From a virus (lineage: Duplodnaviria > Caudoviricetes): DNA of 64,000 bases. Under the pieces are notes generated by a model. The model did not search any database, was not told where the DNA came from, and saw nothing but the letters and a program-made list of their open reading frames with translations. Numbering within the stretch: the stretch's first letter is position 1; every line of letters starts with the position of its first letter. This document shows, piece after piece, positions 1 to 8,680 of this stretch. The stretch covers positions 25,175 through 89,174 of IMG/VR virus record IMGVR_UViG_3300029288_000131; one strand, given 5' to 3'. A program made the position numbers and the translations under genes.

Positions 1-106
1 ATTTGGTGGATTTTCGAGGGGCGATTTTGAGGCTCATGGACGATAATAGGGTGTCGGGAGGGGCACGGCAAATCCTTTTGGAAGCTTTGGGTGAAGGAGA
101 CATGAA

Positions 107-448
107 ATGATTTTGGAGACTTGGACGCTGACGGCTGACAGTTTCGAGGGCTTTCATGTCTGTAACAACACCAGGAGATATGCTTCGTGGTGCCGTTTGG
201 ATGTGATGTCCACAGTTAGGCGTTTCTTCAACGTGCCAAAGAATGTTGAGAAGCTGTGGGTGCTGTTCCATGATAGACCAAGCAAGGATCGACTGCCGGT
301 CGTTGTGGAAGAGTTCGATGATGCTGCTTGGTGTTTGAAGTCGGGGAAGAGAGAAGTGATCAATCAAAGTGAAGGCGATTCGATGCTTATGGACATTCAG
401 GATCGGGTTGGAGACAGAACTCTTCACGTCGAGGTCTGGTACGAATGA
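107..448 (+). CDS. hypothetical protein
   Basis: 113-aa ORF; upstream AAGGAG RBS; ATGA overlap with next gene. Confidence 0.6.
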   Translation: MILETWTLTADSFEGFHVCNNTRRYASWCRLDVMSTVRRFFNVPKNVEKLWVLFHDRPSKDRLPVVVEEFDDAAWCLKSGKREVINQSEGDSMLMDIQDRVGDRTLHVEVWYE

Positions 449-699
449 TTGACTTAGAACGCTACAAGCAACTGAAAGAAGAGTCCGACCGGCACCAGCG
501 GGAGTTCGATCGCACGCAAGGGGCTTTGGCTCAGTTGATGGGGCAATTGGACAAGGAGTTCGGGTGTGAGTCGTGTGACGAGGCAGAAGAACAGCTCACT
601 CAAATGAAGAAGGAGGTAGAAAAGGATCAGCAGAGGTTCGGGAAGTTGTTGGACTCGTTTGAACGGGAGTTGACCAAGCAAACAAGTGGAGGTGAGTGA
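445..699 (+). CDS. small coiled-coil protein, possibly part of a split SbcC/Rad50 system
   Basis: 84 aa, helical E/K/Q-rich; lies just upstream of the SbcC-like C-terminal half. Confidence 0.6.
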   Translation: MIDLERYKQLKEESDRHQREFDRTQGALAQLMGQLDKEFGCESCDEAEEQLTQMKKEVEKDQQRFGKLLDSFERELTKQTSGGE

Positions 700-875
700 T
701 GCGACGGCGAGATTACATGGGATCGGTGGCTTGCGAGCCTCGGTTGCAAGACGACGACGAAGAAGAAGATGACGTCTTCGACGACGAGGACGACGATTTC
801 GATGATGATGACGACGAGGATTGGGAAGACGATGAAGACGAGGACCTCGATGATGACGACGAAGACGACGAGTAG
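699..875 (+). CDS. 58-aa extremely acidic protein (MRRRDYMGSVACEPRLQDDDEEEDDVFDD...)
   Basis: Not in ORF track (<60 aa). GGAGGTGA RBS, TGATG coupling, TAG at 873-875; C-terminal two thirds almost all D/E. Confidence 0.7.
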   Translation: MRRRDYMGSVACEPRLQDDDEEEDDVFDDEDDDFDDDDDEDWEDDEDEDLDDDDEDDE

Positions 876-909
876 TCTCTCTCATCACCGTCGAAACATC
901 TCCCGCTTG

Positions 910-1455
910 ATGGTGGAGCACGCTTCGGCCGAGACTGCCATCAAGCGGGAGGTTCTAGCGTTGGAGAAGGCACGTGGGAGGGCCACCGCTGCTGAGGAAG
1001 CACAGCAGGTCATTCAGCAAGTGGCACAAGCCGTTCAACAGCAGGTCCACAGAGGTGTCGCCGAGGTAGTTACCCGCTGCTTGAATGCTGTATTTGATGA
1101 CCCTTACGAGTTTCAGATACGGTTCGAGAAGAAGCGTGGCAAGACAGAAGCGGTGCTGGTGTTCGTGAGGGACGGTCAAGAGTTGGACGACCCGTTGAAC
1201 GAGGTTGGTGGGGGAGTGATAGACGTGGCTGCTTTGGCACTTCGATTGGCATCCATTTTGCTTTGCCGTCCTGCCAAGCGACGGCTGATCGTGCTAGATG
1301 AGCCGTTCAAGAACATACGGGGCGAGCACTACCGTCGAAGAACCAGGCAGATGTTGCAGAAGCTGGCGGAGGAGTTGGGGTTTCAGTTCATCATCAATAC
1401 AGACATCGAAGCCTATCAGATGGGCACGGTGATCAGGTTGCCGAAGGAGGACTGA
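910..1455 (+). CDS. SbcC/Rad50-like ABC ATPase, C-terminal half
   Basis: Coiled coil, then signature-like GGGVIDV and Walker B LIVLDEPF; no Walker A. Start chosen at ATG 910 because the track's N-terminus is the acidic ORF read in another frame. Confidence 0.75.
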   Translation: MVEHASAETAIKREVLALEKARGRATAAEEAQQVIQQVAQAVQQQVHRGVAEVVTRCLNAVFDDPYEFQIRFEKKRGKTEAVLVFVRDGQELDDPLNEVGGGVIDVAALALRLASILLCRPAKRRLIVLDEPFKNIRGEHYRRRTRQMLQKLAEELGFQFIINTDIEAYQMGTVIRLPKED

Positions 1456-1456
1456 G

Positions 1457-1735
1457 ATGGGGTACTCTGTTGATGATTCGATGGTTCGGGTGGATTTCTT
1501 TCGGCCGTCGGGCAAGTGGCATGATACGCAGGCAGTGAAGTGGACGGGCAGCTTCACGTCTGGTTTAGTTTCCGAGGAGTTTGCTAAAACTCTGCGAGAC
1601 TATTTCAAGGATGCTCCAAATCGGTATGGAGAAATGGATGCTGTTTGCTTGGAGCCGTGCCATCGAAACGCTTATCCCCTCATGATCAGAGCAGGTAGAT
1701 GGCGTTTGGCATCTGATGAGAAGAAGGAGGACTGA
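1457..1735 (+). CDS. hypothetical protein
   Basis: 92-aa ORF, GGAGG RBS. Confidence 0.6.
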   Translation: MGYSVDDSMVRVDFFRPSGKWHDTQAVKWTGSFTSGLVSEEFAKTLRDYFKDAPNRYGEMDAVCLEPCHRNAYPLMIRAGRWRLASDEKKED

Positions 1736-1736
1736 G

Positions 1737-1952
1737 GTGGAGAAACTCGTTGCCTTTTCTGAAGACACAAGGAAGCATTTAGGAATCGACCCTCGGTGGA
1801 TGAAACTGTACTACGAGTTCGATCCGGTAAGGTGGGCATGGTATGGAACGTATCTAGGCGTGTTAGAAGGGGAAATCAAGAAGTCCAAGAGTCGGTGGTA
1901 CAAGCTACGGTGTTTGTGCCGTTGGTTGAGTGGCATGTATAAGGAGAATTGA
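1737..1952 (+). CDS. hypothetical protein
   Basis: GTG start after GGAGG RBS. Confidence 0.5.
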   Translation: MEKLVAFSEDTRKHLGIDPRWMKLYYEFDPVRWAWYGTYLGVLEGEIKKSKSRWYKLRCLCRWLSGMYKEN

Positions 1953-1953
1953 G

Positions 1954-2583
1954 ATGTTCCTGATCAAGCCGAGTTACGAGATTCTTTGTGGACGTCCCGA
2001 TGTGAATTTCATAGCAGCACTGGCGAGGACGTGCTACAAGTCAGAGCCAAATGGAGTCGACACCGATGCTGACAAGCATCTTGTCTCGCTTCTCATCAAG
2101 CGGGGACACGAATCCCAGTTGGAACATCAGAGCATGACGGTTCGGTTTGTGATCGACCGTGGAGTGTCCCATGAATTAGTCAGGCACCGTCTTGCTGCTT
2201 ATTCACAGGAGAGCACACGGTACTGCAACTATCGAGGTGGCGTGACGTTCGTGATTCCGCCGTGGGTGGATGTCAAGCCAGGGGAGTATAACTATGGACT
2301 TACGTATGCCAATGGACCGTGGTTCTTTCACATGCTTGCATGTGAGCGTGCTTATCTTGGTTTGCTTGATCTTAAGCAGACACCACAACAAGCACGGTCC
2401 GTCCTGCCGAACAGCCTCGCCACGACCATCGTAATGACGGCGAACATACGTGAGTGGAGGCACGTGTTTCGGCTCCGGTGTGCCAAGGAAGCTCACCCTC
2501 AGATGCGAGAGGTGATGATTCCGTTGCGTGATAGTTTGATTGATGCCTGTCCCGTGATGTTCGAGGATTTGGTGAGGCCATGA
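1954..2583 (+). CDS. thyX: flavin-dependent thymidylate synthase
   Basis: ThyX motif HELVRHRLAAYSQESTRY, GHESQLEH, ARSVLPNS, LRCAKEAHPQMR; AAGGAG RBS. Confidence 0.95.
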   Translation: MFLIKPSYEILCGRPDVNFIAALARTCYKSEPNGVDTDADKHLVSLLIKRGHESQLEHQSMTVRFVIDRGVSHELVRHRLAAYSQESTRYCNYRGGVTFVIPPWVDVKPGEYNYGLTYANGPWFFHMLACERAYLGLLDLKQTPQQARSVLPNSLATTIVMTANIREWRHVFRLRCAKEAHPQMREVMIPLRDSLIDACPVMFEDLVRP

Positions 2584-2681
2584 AAAGAGACTGGACGATG
2601 ATTGCGTTGACGGTGCTTTGGTTTGTATGCCTTGTCGGGAGCGTCGTACTTTGGATTTGGGCAATGAAGAATCTGATTTAA
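2580..2681 (+). CDS. 33-aa single-TM peptide
   Basis: MKRDWTMIALTVLWFVCLVGSVVLWIWAMKNLI; ATGA coupling to thyX. Confidence 0.45.
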   Translation: MKRDWTMIALTVLWFVCLVGSVVLWIWAMKNLI

Positions 2682-2692
2682 GGAGCGTGGCA

Positions 2693-2902
2693 ATGAAGAA
2701 GAGAAACGGCGAGAGACCAGCAGGACTAGGACCGTGCCCGGTGTTCGATGTTGATTTGGTTGTTCACATGAACGATTTGATGGTTGAGCAACTTGTCGAT
2801 TTCTTTGACGAGGCGAAGGTCAAGGGAGTGTCGATGCCGTCACAACTATACGCACTTCACCGTCAACTGGAGCGGTGGGCTGGAGAAAAGGAAGATGTCT
2901 GA
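2693..2902 (+). CDS. hypothetical protein
   Basis: AAGGAG RBS before ATG 2693. Confidence 0.55.
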   Translation: MKKRNGERPAGLGPCPVFDVDLVVHMNDLMVEQLVDFFDEAKVKGVSMPSQLYALHRQLERWAGEKEDV

Positions 2903-3122
2903 CACCATAGAACAAAAAATCACCATAGTGGAAAGCACAAACCCGTCGATCATCGGGATCGGTTTCAATCGGAGATTCCTTGCCAGGCCCGATCAGGATT
3001 TGGGTAGGGAAAGGGAGGATGGGGATATGATTCTCATGATGTCAAAGCAGATGGGAATCGATATTGCTAAGGTGATTCTCAAGCGGTTTGCTCCTCACCT
3101 GATCGTGAGCGGGAGGGGTTGA
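2895..3122 (+). CDS. hypothetical protein
   Basis: ATG 2895 overlapping the previous stop. Confidence 0.55.
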   Translation: MSDTIEQKITIVESTNPSIIGIGFNRRFLARPDQDLGREREDGDMILMMSKQMGIDIAKVILKRFAPHLIVSGRG

Positions 3123-3123
3123 A

Positions 3124-3333
3124 ATGATCACATGGACCAAGAACGAGGATGGAGAGCGATTTCTTTGGTTCAAGAATCGGAAGGTTAAGGAGACGGAGAT
3201 CACGAAACAACTAATCGACAGGATCGAAGAGCTGCAAGAAGGAATCATGCAGCACCGCATGGACATTTGGGGAGAGCTTGACGTGGAGAACGAGTTTGAT
3301 TTGGATTTGTACCGTCTTTTGGAATCGAAGTGA
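3124..3333 (+). CDS. hypothetical protein
   Basis: 69-aa ORF, GGAGG RBS. Confidence 0.55.
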   Translation: MITWTKNEDGERFLWFKNRKVKETEITKQLIDRIEELQEGIMQHRMDIWGELDVENEFDLDLYRLLESK

Positions 3334-3347
3334 GAAGGAGATAAGAG

Positions 3348-3665
3348 ATGACGGTCAAGGAATACTTGGACTACTTGAAGCAGCCTGCCGAGAAGCAAAC
3401 AGACCGTGAGAAACTCACGGCGTTGCTGAAGGCTTTGACGCCTGCAACGAAAAGGTCCTTGTTGGACCAGCAGTCGGAGTTGTTCTACAAGAGCAAATAC
3501 ATCCATCCGCAAGCAACGGCGAATGAAGATTTCTTGATGTTCGTGAGAGAACAGTCGGACTTGCTGGTGAAGTGCATTGAATTAGAGATGTCTGATTTTG
3601 GCAGGCACGTGAGGGTCGTACTCGGCCTCGAACCGCTGACACTTGAAATGGAGCTGGGAACATGA
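3348..3665 (+). CDS. hypothetical protein
   Basis: 105-aa ORF, AAGGAG RBS. Confidence 0.6.
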   Translation: MTVKEYLDYLKQPAEKQTDREKLTALLKALTPATKRSLLDQQSELFYKSKYIHPQATANEDFLMFVREQSDLLVKCIELEMSDFGRHVRVVLGLEPLTLEMELGT

Positions 3666-3841
3666 CAGGGGCAATCATGGCGTGGTCGGTGATTTGTACA
3701 GTGTCACTTGGATTGCTGTGCAAATGGTTCCCACCAGGAATGGAAAGGACGAGGGAGGTCAAAACGAATTTGTACGTCTACTTGGTGGGAATCGGTTTCT
3801 TGATCTTGCTCAGGGTGCTACTGCCGGTCTTTGGAGTGTAA
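3662..3841 (+). CDS. 59-aa two-TM membrane protein
   Basis: ATGA coupling; two hydrophobic segments; different frame from track ORF 3643-4014. Confidence 0.45.
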   Translation: MTGAIMAWSVICTVSLGLLCKWFPPGMERTREVKTNLYVYLVGIGFLILLRVLLPVFGV

Positions 3842-3844
3842 GAA

Positions 3845-4000
3845 ATGAAGTGGATGCTAGAACTGCTGAGAGCATGGTTCAACCCAGGAAAAGGACCAAA
3901 AGCATCGGTAGAAAAACCTTACGACTCCAAGGTGTTGAAACAGCTTCCAGAACACGAAGAATTGGGAGAGGACTACGAAGATGGAAGACCACCAAACTGA
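3845..4000 (+). CDS. 51-aa hypothetical protein
   Basis: MKWMLELLRAWFNPGKGPK...; fills the gap between neighbours. Confidence 0.4.
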   Translation: MKWMLELLRAWFNPGKGPKASVEKPYDSKVLKQLPEHEELGEDYEDGRPPN

Positions 4001-4010
4001 ACAGAACAAC

Positions 4011-4256
4011 ATGAATAGACGCAAAGCAATGGGCACCATGATAGGGTGCCTATGTGCGTCTGTATTGCCAGGAACAACCCCTGTAGACCCTGTCCTGGCA
4101 AGGAGGAACGAGATCTTGAGGAAGGTCATGATGGACTACAAGAGGGGATGGAGGTATGTGGCATGTTTCGATGGAAGTGGAAAGGGGAAGTGGGTGATAC
4201 TTGATATGGAAAGGTTAGCCGGGGGGTCAAAACCCGTAAGCACAAATAGAGGGTGA
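4011..4256 (+). CDS. hypothetical protein with twin-arginine-like N-terminus
   Basis: MNRRKAMGTMIGCLCASVLP. Confidence 0.45.
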   Translation: MNRRKAMGTMIGCLCASVLPGTTPVDPVLARRNEILRKVMMDYKRGWRYVACFDGSGKGKWVILDMERLAGGSKPVSTNRG

Positions 4257-4262
4257 CTTCTA

Positions 4263-4955
4263 ATGGGTGACAAGCAGAAACAGAATCGAGGCATCTCACT
4301 GAGGACCAGGAAGCGTAAGTGGAGGGTCTTAGAGTATGCTTTGCAAGGGCAGGTGGACCCTGTAAGGATAGGGTCAGCGATGGGTGTGCCAGTGCCCTTG
4401 ATAGCATGTGACCTACGGTGGGTTAGCAAGATGTTGGCCCAGAGGGACAAGCAGGAGATAGCCGAGTTACAGGCATTGCACGGAGCTAGATTGCAGGAGT
4501 TGGGGTACAAGGCATTGGTGGCGTTTGAGCGGTCGAGACAGGATGAAGAAACGGTAACGACGAGCTTTCACAACGTGACGTGCAAGCGGTGCAAAGGAAA
4601 GGGAAGTTTGAACGGGGATGAGGGGGAATGGTGCCCGGACTGTGACGGGAATGGATACAAGACGGTTGAAAGGGTGAGGCGCAAGGTGAGGGGACAAGCG
4701 GGAGATCCACAGTTCCTGAAAACGGCCATTGATGCTTTTGACAAGTGGGCCAAGTTATACCAGCTCTACCCGCAATCACTCAAGGTTGTGCAAAAGGACC
4801 AAAGGCAAGTTCACATCCACAATGAATTGAACTTGGATGGGGTTCCTGAGGACGCGATAATAGAAGCGAGGAGGGCCGTTCTACGGTTGAAAGAACTGAC
4901 GGTTTCCCCGAAGGTGATAGACGTAGAGCCCGATAATAGGACAGGAGGTGAGTGA
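4263..4955 (+). CDS. putative terminase small subunit with DnaJ-type zinc finger
   Basis: Helical N-terminus, CKRCKGKG...CPDCDGNG, C-terminal VHIHNELNL...VIDVEP tail typical of TerS; nearest plausible TerS upstream of TerL (inference). Confidence 0.55.
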   Translation: MGDKQKQNRGISLRTRKRKWRVLEYALQGQVDPVRIGSAMGVPVPLIACDLRWVSKMLAQRDKQEIAELQALHGARLQELGYKALVAFERSRQDEETVTTSFHNVTCKRCKGKGSLNGDEGEWCPDCDGNGYKTVERVRRKVRGQAGDPQFLKTAIDAFDKWAKLYQLYPQSLKVVQKDQRQVHIHNELNLDGVPEDAIIEARRAVLRLKELTVSPKVIDVEPDNRTGGE

Positions 4956-5179
4956 TGTTCAGCGTGAGACAGAAGCGTGAAATCGCGGATGCTGTTCAGA
5001 AGATTCTTAGGGATACGAATCATCCTGAGTTGCCCGACGGAGAGATTCAGTTTCGTCTCCACGTCAGGGGAGATGCGTCGTGGTCGTGGGCCGACATCCG
5101 AAACAATGGAGCAGTGATTGACCCGGCGGTCAATCCCTGGAATGAATCGCAAGATGTAGCGAGCACAACGGGAGGGTGA
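4955..5179 (+). CDS. hypothetical protein
   Basis: GGAGGTGA RBS, TGATG coupling. Confidence 0.6.
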   Translation: MFSVRQKREIADAVQKILRDTNHPELPDGEIQFRLHVRGDASWSWADIRNNGAVIDPAVNPWNESQDVASTTGG

Positions 5180-5183
5180 AGCC

Positions 5184-5465
5184 ATGTATCGAGTCATTGG
5201 GTTTGAGCGGACGCCGGAGTCGCTTGGCTGGTCCGAGTTGCCTGTGGCTCTGGTGCGTGACATCGACCATGCGATGCTACGAGGCGACCAGTGGTTGATA
5301 TCGCGAGCCGACGCCGCGGTGCTCGTCGTGGACCTCGACGCGACGCGACACATCCACGCCATGCGATCGGTCGGGTGGACGCCGCTGGGATTGGCCGACC
5401 GGATGGAGCTCGTGGCCAGGCGGGAGCAAATACACGCAGCCGCGAACGCGGCGGGAGGTGAGTGA
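5184..5465 (+). CDS. hypothetical protein
   Basis: 93 aa, GGAGGGTGA RBS. Confidence 0.55.
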   Translation: MYRVIGFERTPESLGWSELPVALVRDIDHAMLRGDQWLISRADAAVLVVDLDATRHIHAMRSVGWTPLGLADRMELVARREQIHAAANAAGGE

Positions 5466-5734
5466 TGGTGACATACGTGTCCGGGATGATTCATGCCATG
5501 TGTATTGCCGCGGTCCACGCATGGCTCGGAGGGCAGGTCATTGAGAACGCTAAGGCGTTCTGCGACTCTGCGACGTTCTATGTTCGCCCGAACGACACTC
5601 GCTGCTGGCCCATTGCCCTAGATGGCAAGATGGTCCGTGTGCGGCTGGAGCTTGTGGACAACGACGCAATCCCGATGGTGAATGAAGCACCCCGGGGCCG
5701 CAGGAGCGGCAGGAGCGGCAGAAAGCGATGGTGA
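5465..5734 (+). CDS. hypothetical protein
   Basis: GGAGGTGAGTGATG junction. Confidence 0.5.
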   Translation: MVTYVSGMIHAMCIAAVHAWLGGQVIENAKAFCDSATFYVRPNDTRCWPIALDGKMVRVRLELVDNDAIPMVNEAPRGRRSGRSGRKRW

Positions 5735-5737
5735 GTG

Positions 5738-6757
5738 ATGAAGTCCCTGGAGCGGTTACTTAAGCGTCTCGCCGCTGGCGGCTGTAGGCCGTGCATTAGC
5801 TATCGCGGAGAAACGCCAGACGGTTGCCCGATGTGGCGGGCGCACGTCAACGCCTGCGGGAACTTCTGGGAAGACGAAACTACGCCGTACCGAGCACTCT
5901 GCCGAGCCGAGGCAGCGTGGCTAGCCGCTGGCAAGCCACTGGAGGGAATGGCCGCGACGGCGGAACCCGCGCCGGAGCCGAAACCCGAGCCGAAACCCGA
6001 CGCCCCGACGGCCGTGGAAATCGACATGCGGACAAAACTACTTCACTACGAACGGTACTGCCGAGATCGTGCCCGGCAGTTGTTGGCCGTCGCCAAACCG
6101 GACGCGACACCGGACCCACAGACCCTCAATAGCTTCGGCCTGTTGATGGACGCGATTCAGCGTGCGATTGAGGATCGGCAAGCGCCCACTGATGCCGAGC
6201 CGAAACCCGAGCCAACCATCGCCCAACTGTTCGCCATCGTCCGGCGGTGGTGCGACGCGGCGCCGGATGAGATACGAAAAATAGCGATACTCCGGAATGG
6301 AGCGCGACTTATCGGCCCGCATCCCGACTGGCATGAGGTGACGGACTCGCCCGAACTTCTGATGGAGTGGCTTGCAGCGGAGGCGACACCCGCGCCGAAG
6401 CCCGAACTGACGCCAGCGGACATCATCGCGGCGGCACGGGAGAGAGTCTCCTACCTGAGACGTATCGCCGCGATTAGCGAGCAAGATGCCAACTCCATGC
6501 TCGCCGGCCTCGCGCTGGCAGACCCGGCGATGCTGGCCGAACGCGAACAGCCCGAGGGAAAGGGGGGAGTGATGAATCAGAAGCCGCTGGAAGATTGCTG
6601 CGTCTGCGACGAGGCGACCGGCCGCGCCGGGAGGGGCGACGATTCCATCTACTGCAACTGCGGAGCGGGACCATTCTGTGTGGACTGCTGGCGTGGCCAT
6701 GCGTGCGAGTGGAAAGACGACGACAGCGAACAGCCCGAGGAGCCGAGCAATGGGTGA
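5738..6757 (+). CDS. mosaic hypothetical protein of fused short modules; Cys-rich C-terminus
   Basis: Modules separated by PEPKPEP linkers; internal in-frame REQPEGKGGVM junction; CCVC...CNC...CVDC C-terminus. Confidence 0.55.
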   Translation: MKSLERLLKRLAAGGCRPCISYRGETPDGCPMWRAHVNACGNFWEDETTPYRALCRAEAAWLAAGKPLEGMAATAEPAPEPKPEPKPDAPTAVEIDMRTKLLHYERYCRDRARQLLAVAKPDATPDPQTLNSFGLLMDAIQRAIEDRQAPTDAEPKPEPTIAQLFAIVRRWCDAAPDEIRKIAILRNGARLIGPHPDWHEVTDSPELLMEWLAAEATPAPKPELTPADIIAAARERVSYLRRIAAISEQDANSMLAGLALADPAMLAEREQPEGKGGVMNQKPLEDCCVCDEATGRAGRGDDSIYCNCGAGPFCVDCWRGHACEWKDDDSEQPEEPSNG

Positions 6758-6950
6758 AGCAGTTGTTGTGGCTGAGTCTGTTTCTGCCGGATCGTTCTTT
6801 CGGCTAGAAGCATGTCCAGCCCGTCGCTTACAGATGACTAGTGTGCCGCTGGTGGCAGTCGATGACGAATGGAAGATGCTTCGACTGAAACCGGACGCAC
6901 GGTGTGTTTCCGACCGCGAACAGCCCGAGGGCACGAAAGGGGGTGAGTGA
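6750..6950 (+). CDS. hypothetical protein
   Basis: ATG 6750; ends with the shared REQPEG junction. Confidence 0.45.
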   Translation: MGEAVVVAESVSAGSFFRLEACPARRLQMTSVPLVAVDDEWKMLRLKPDARCVSDREQPEGTKGGE

Positions 6951-7141
6951 TGCTCAGGTCGCATTTCTGCGATGGCTGCCAAGCGCCAACGGCTCACAAG
7001 CAAACCGAGGGCCTGGAGGATGGTGTGATATTCGCGGTCCTGCGCTGTGGGGAGTGCGGGCTGCTTGCCGAGGCCGTCCCTGGCGAGGAGGACGACGAAC
7101 TCGATTTGTTCGACCGCTTTGATGGGTCGGACAACGACTAA
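6950..7141 (+). CDS. small zinc-ribbon-like protein
   Basis: CDGC...CGEC. Confidence 0.5.
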   Translation: MLRSHFCDGCQAPTAHKQTEGLEDGVIFAVLRCGECGLLAEAVPGEEDDELDLFDRFDGSDND

Positions 7142-7260
7142 AGGAAGGGGGTGATGCCTAATGCTGCCACTGCCAGAGCCGCCGCCAATGGAGCCGCTGT
7201 ACGCCGGTGGCACGTAAGGTTGCCCGGCCAGGAGCCGGGCCGACACGAAAGGAGCGAGTG

Positions 7261-7437
7261 ATGAATACGAAGCATGTGAAACTGGTTGCAGACGCAGAGA
7301 CGGCAATCAATGCCGTATTCAGCGACACCAGCGTCAGCCACGCTACCACAAAAGACAGCCTGGAGACGCTGCGCGACCTGTGTAATGCGATGATTGATGG
7401 TCTCGGGTGTGTTGATGGTGTCACTGGCGACGAGTAA
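7261..7437 (+). CDS. hypothetical protein
   Basis: ACACGAAAGGAGCGAGTGATG leader. Confidence 0.5.
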   Translation: MNTKHVKLVADAETAINAVFSDTSVSHATTKDSLETLRDLCNAMIDGLGCVDGVTGDE

Positions 7438-7454
7438 CACGAAAGGAGCGAGTG

Positions 7455-7850
7455 ATGAGCACGGTAATTTTCGGCAGAAGCGACGACCTGATCGAACTGG
7501 GGGGCGACATCGAAGAGGAGTTCAGCCACTACAGCGACACCAAGTGGGCCTACCTCCATTTCGATGAGGGGACGGTGGTTCGGGCCGGCCACTGCCTTGT
7601 TGACGGCAAGGAGTGGGCCATCGAAGTTGTCAAGAGCGGCGCGGCCACGGCGACGTTTCTCGAACCCGAGATGGACGACGGCGAGCACTACACGGATCGG
7701 CTGGTGCTCGATGGCGTCAAGAGCGTCGAGCTGTGGCGATCACAGGACGGCCCGACGCGAGACGACCTGGAGAAGTGGTTTGACGACTTCGCCCCATATG
7801 GCTTTACTGCCGAGCAACTGCTTGCCGCCTACCGGGCGCTGAAGTCGTAA
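7455..7850 (+). CDS. hypothetical phage protein
   Basis: Identical 21-bp leader; VIFGRSDDLIELGGDIEEEF resembles a recurrent small phage family. Confidence 0.65.
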   Translation: MSTVIFGRSDDLIELGGDIEEEFSHYSDTKWAYLHFDEGTVVRAGHCLVDGKEWAIEVVKSGAATATFLEPEMDDGEHYTDRLVLDGVKSVELWRSQDGPTRDDLEKWFDDFAPYGFTAEQLLAAYRALKS

Positions 7851-7939
7851 CCGCAACTGCACCGGGAGTTGCCGCGGATGACAGGGGCCGTCCCGGCGGC
7901 CCCGGGGAGTGAGTGCAACAACGAAAGTGAGGGTGAGTG

Positions 7940-8056
7940 ATGGCCGTATACGTTGATGAACTGCGAGCGCTGCTTCACCCGCAACGCCGTTGGCCCTCTG
8001 ACCTGTTCTGCCACATGATGGCCGACGACGACGAACCGACCAACGAGCGTTGGTAG
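7940..8056 (+). pseudogene. truncated DUF4031-like gene (38 aa)
   Basis: MAVYVDE...FCHMMADD matches my recollection of the DUF4031 N-terminus, then stops early. Confidence 0.45.
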
Positions 8057-8275
8057 ATGCTGACCCTAGCAATCCTAATCCTGACGCTGCTCGCCAACCC
8101 GGAATTGGTCGAGCGGCACCAACCTATGCCTACGCCACGTCGGGTTAAAGATAATCCGACCGGCCGCAGTGATACGTGGCTCGCTAGCTGGCCGTACCCG
8201 AGTGGCTTTGTCTAGCCGTTGGGGCCGTCCGGGCGGCCCCCGGGGAGTGAAACACGAAAGCGAGGTGAGTAAGAC

Positions 8276-8563
8276 ATGAAGCCAAGTGAATACCACGCCT
8301 GTGCTACCGGCGACTGCCCCCACGATACGCAGGACGAATGCGTGCTGGCAGTGCTCCGGCACGCCGATGAGTTGCACGCGGAGGTGGAGCGACTGCGGGC
8401 GGAAGTGGGTCGCCTGGAGCCTTACCGCAAGATTGCGGAGGCCCATGAACGGCAGAAGGAACGGCAAGCGAAGGAGGATGCTGAGATTGCTGCCGGATTG
8501 CGTTGCGGCGGGGGCTATCGTGATTGCAACGGTGGCCCGGATTGCGATTACGACCATAAGTAG
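8276..8563 (+). CDS. hypothetical protein, coiled coil flanked by Cys/His motifs
   Basis: HACATGDCPH...; CGGGYRDCNGGPDC. Confidence 0.6.
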   Translation: MKPSEYHACATGDCPHDTQDECVLAVLRHADELHAEVERLRAEVGRLEPYRKIAEAHERQKERQAKEDAEIAAGLRCGGGYRDCNGGPDCDYDHK

Positions 8564-8680
8564 CCACGCTGACCAAACAAGCCGACAAGGCTGTGAAGGA
8601 CAGAAAGGAAAGATGAACTGGCAGAATTAGACATACGTCTAGCAGAAAAGGCTTATCAGCAAAGGAGTGCGAAGTCTTTC

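Larger units (their letters stand above)
6544..8270 (+). repeat. dispersed cassette-junction repeats
   Basis: CGAACAGCCCGAGG at 6544, 6727, 6917; ACACGAAAGGAGCGAGTGATG at 7243, 7437; GGGGCCGTCC(C/G)GGCGGCCCC(C)GGGGAGTGA at 7884, 8221. Confidence 0.85.

Noticed and set aside
769-909. Track's Met/Thr-rich N-terminus for the SbcC-like ORF
   Set aside because: It is the acidic ORF's GAY/GAR codons read in another frame
6544-8270. CRISPR array in the cassette region
   Set aside because: Repeats are irregularly spaced by whole genes, not by uniform 30-40-bp spacers
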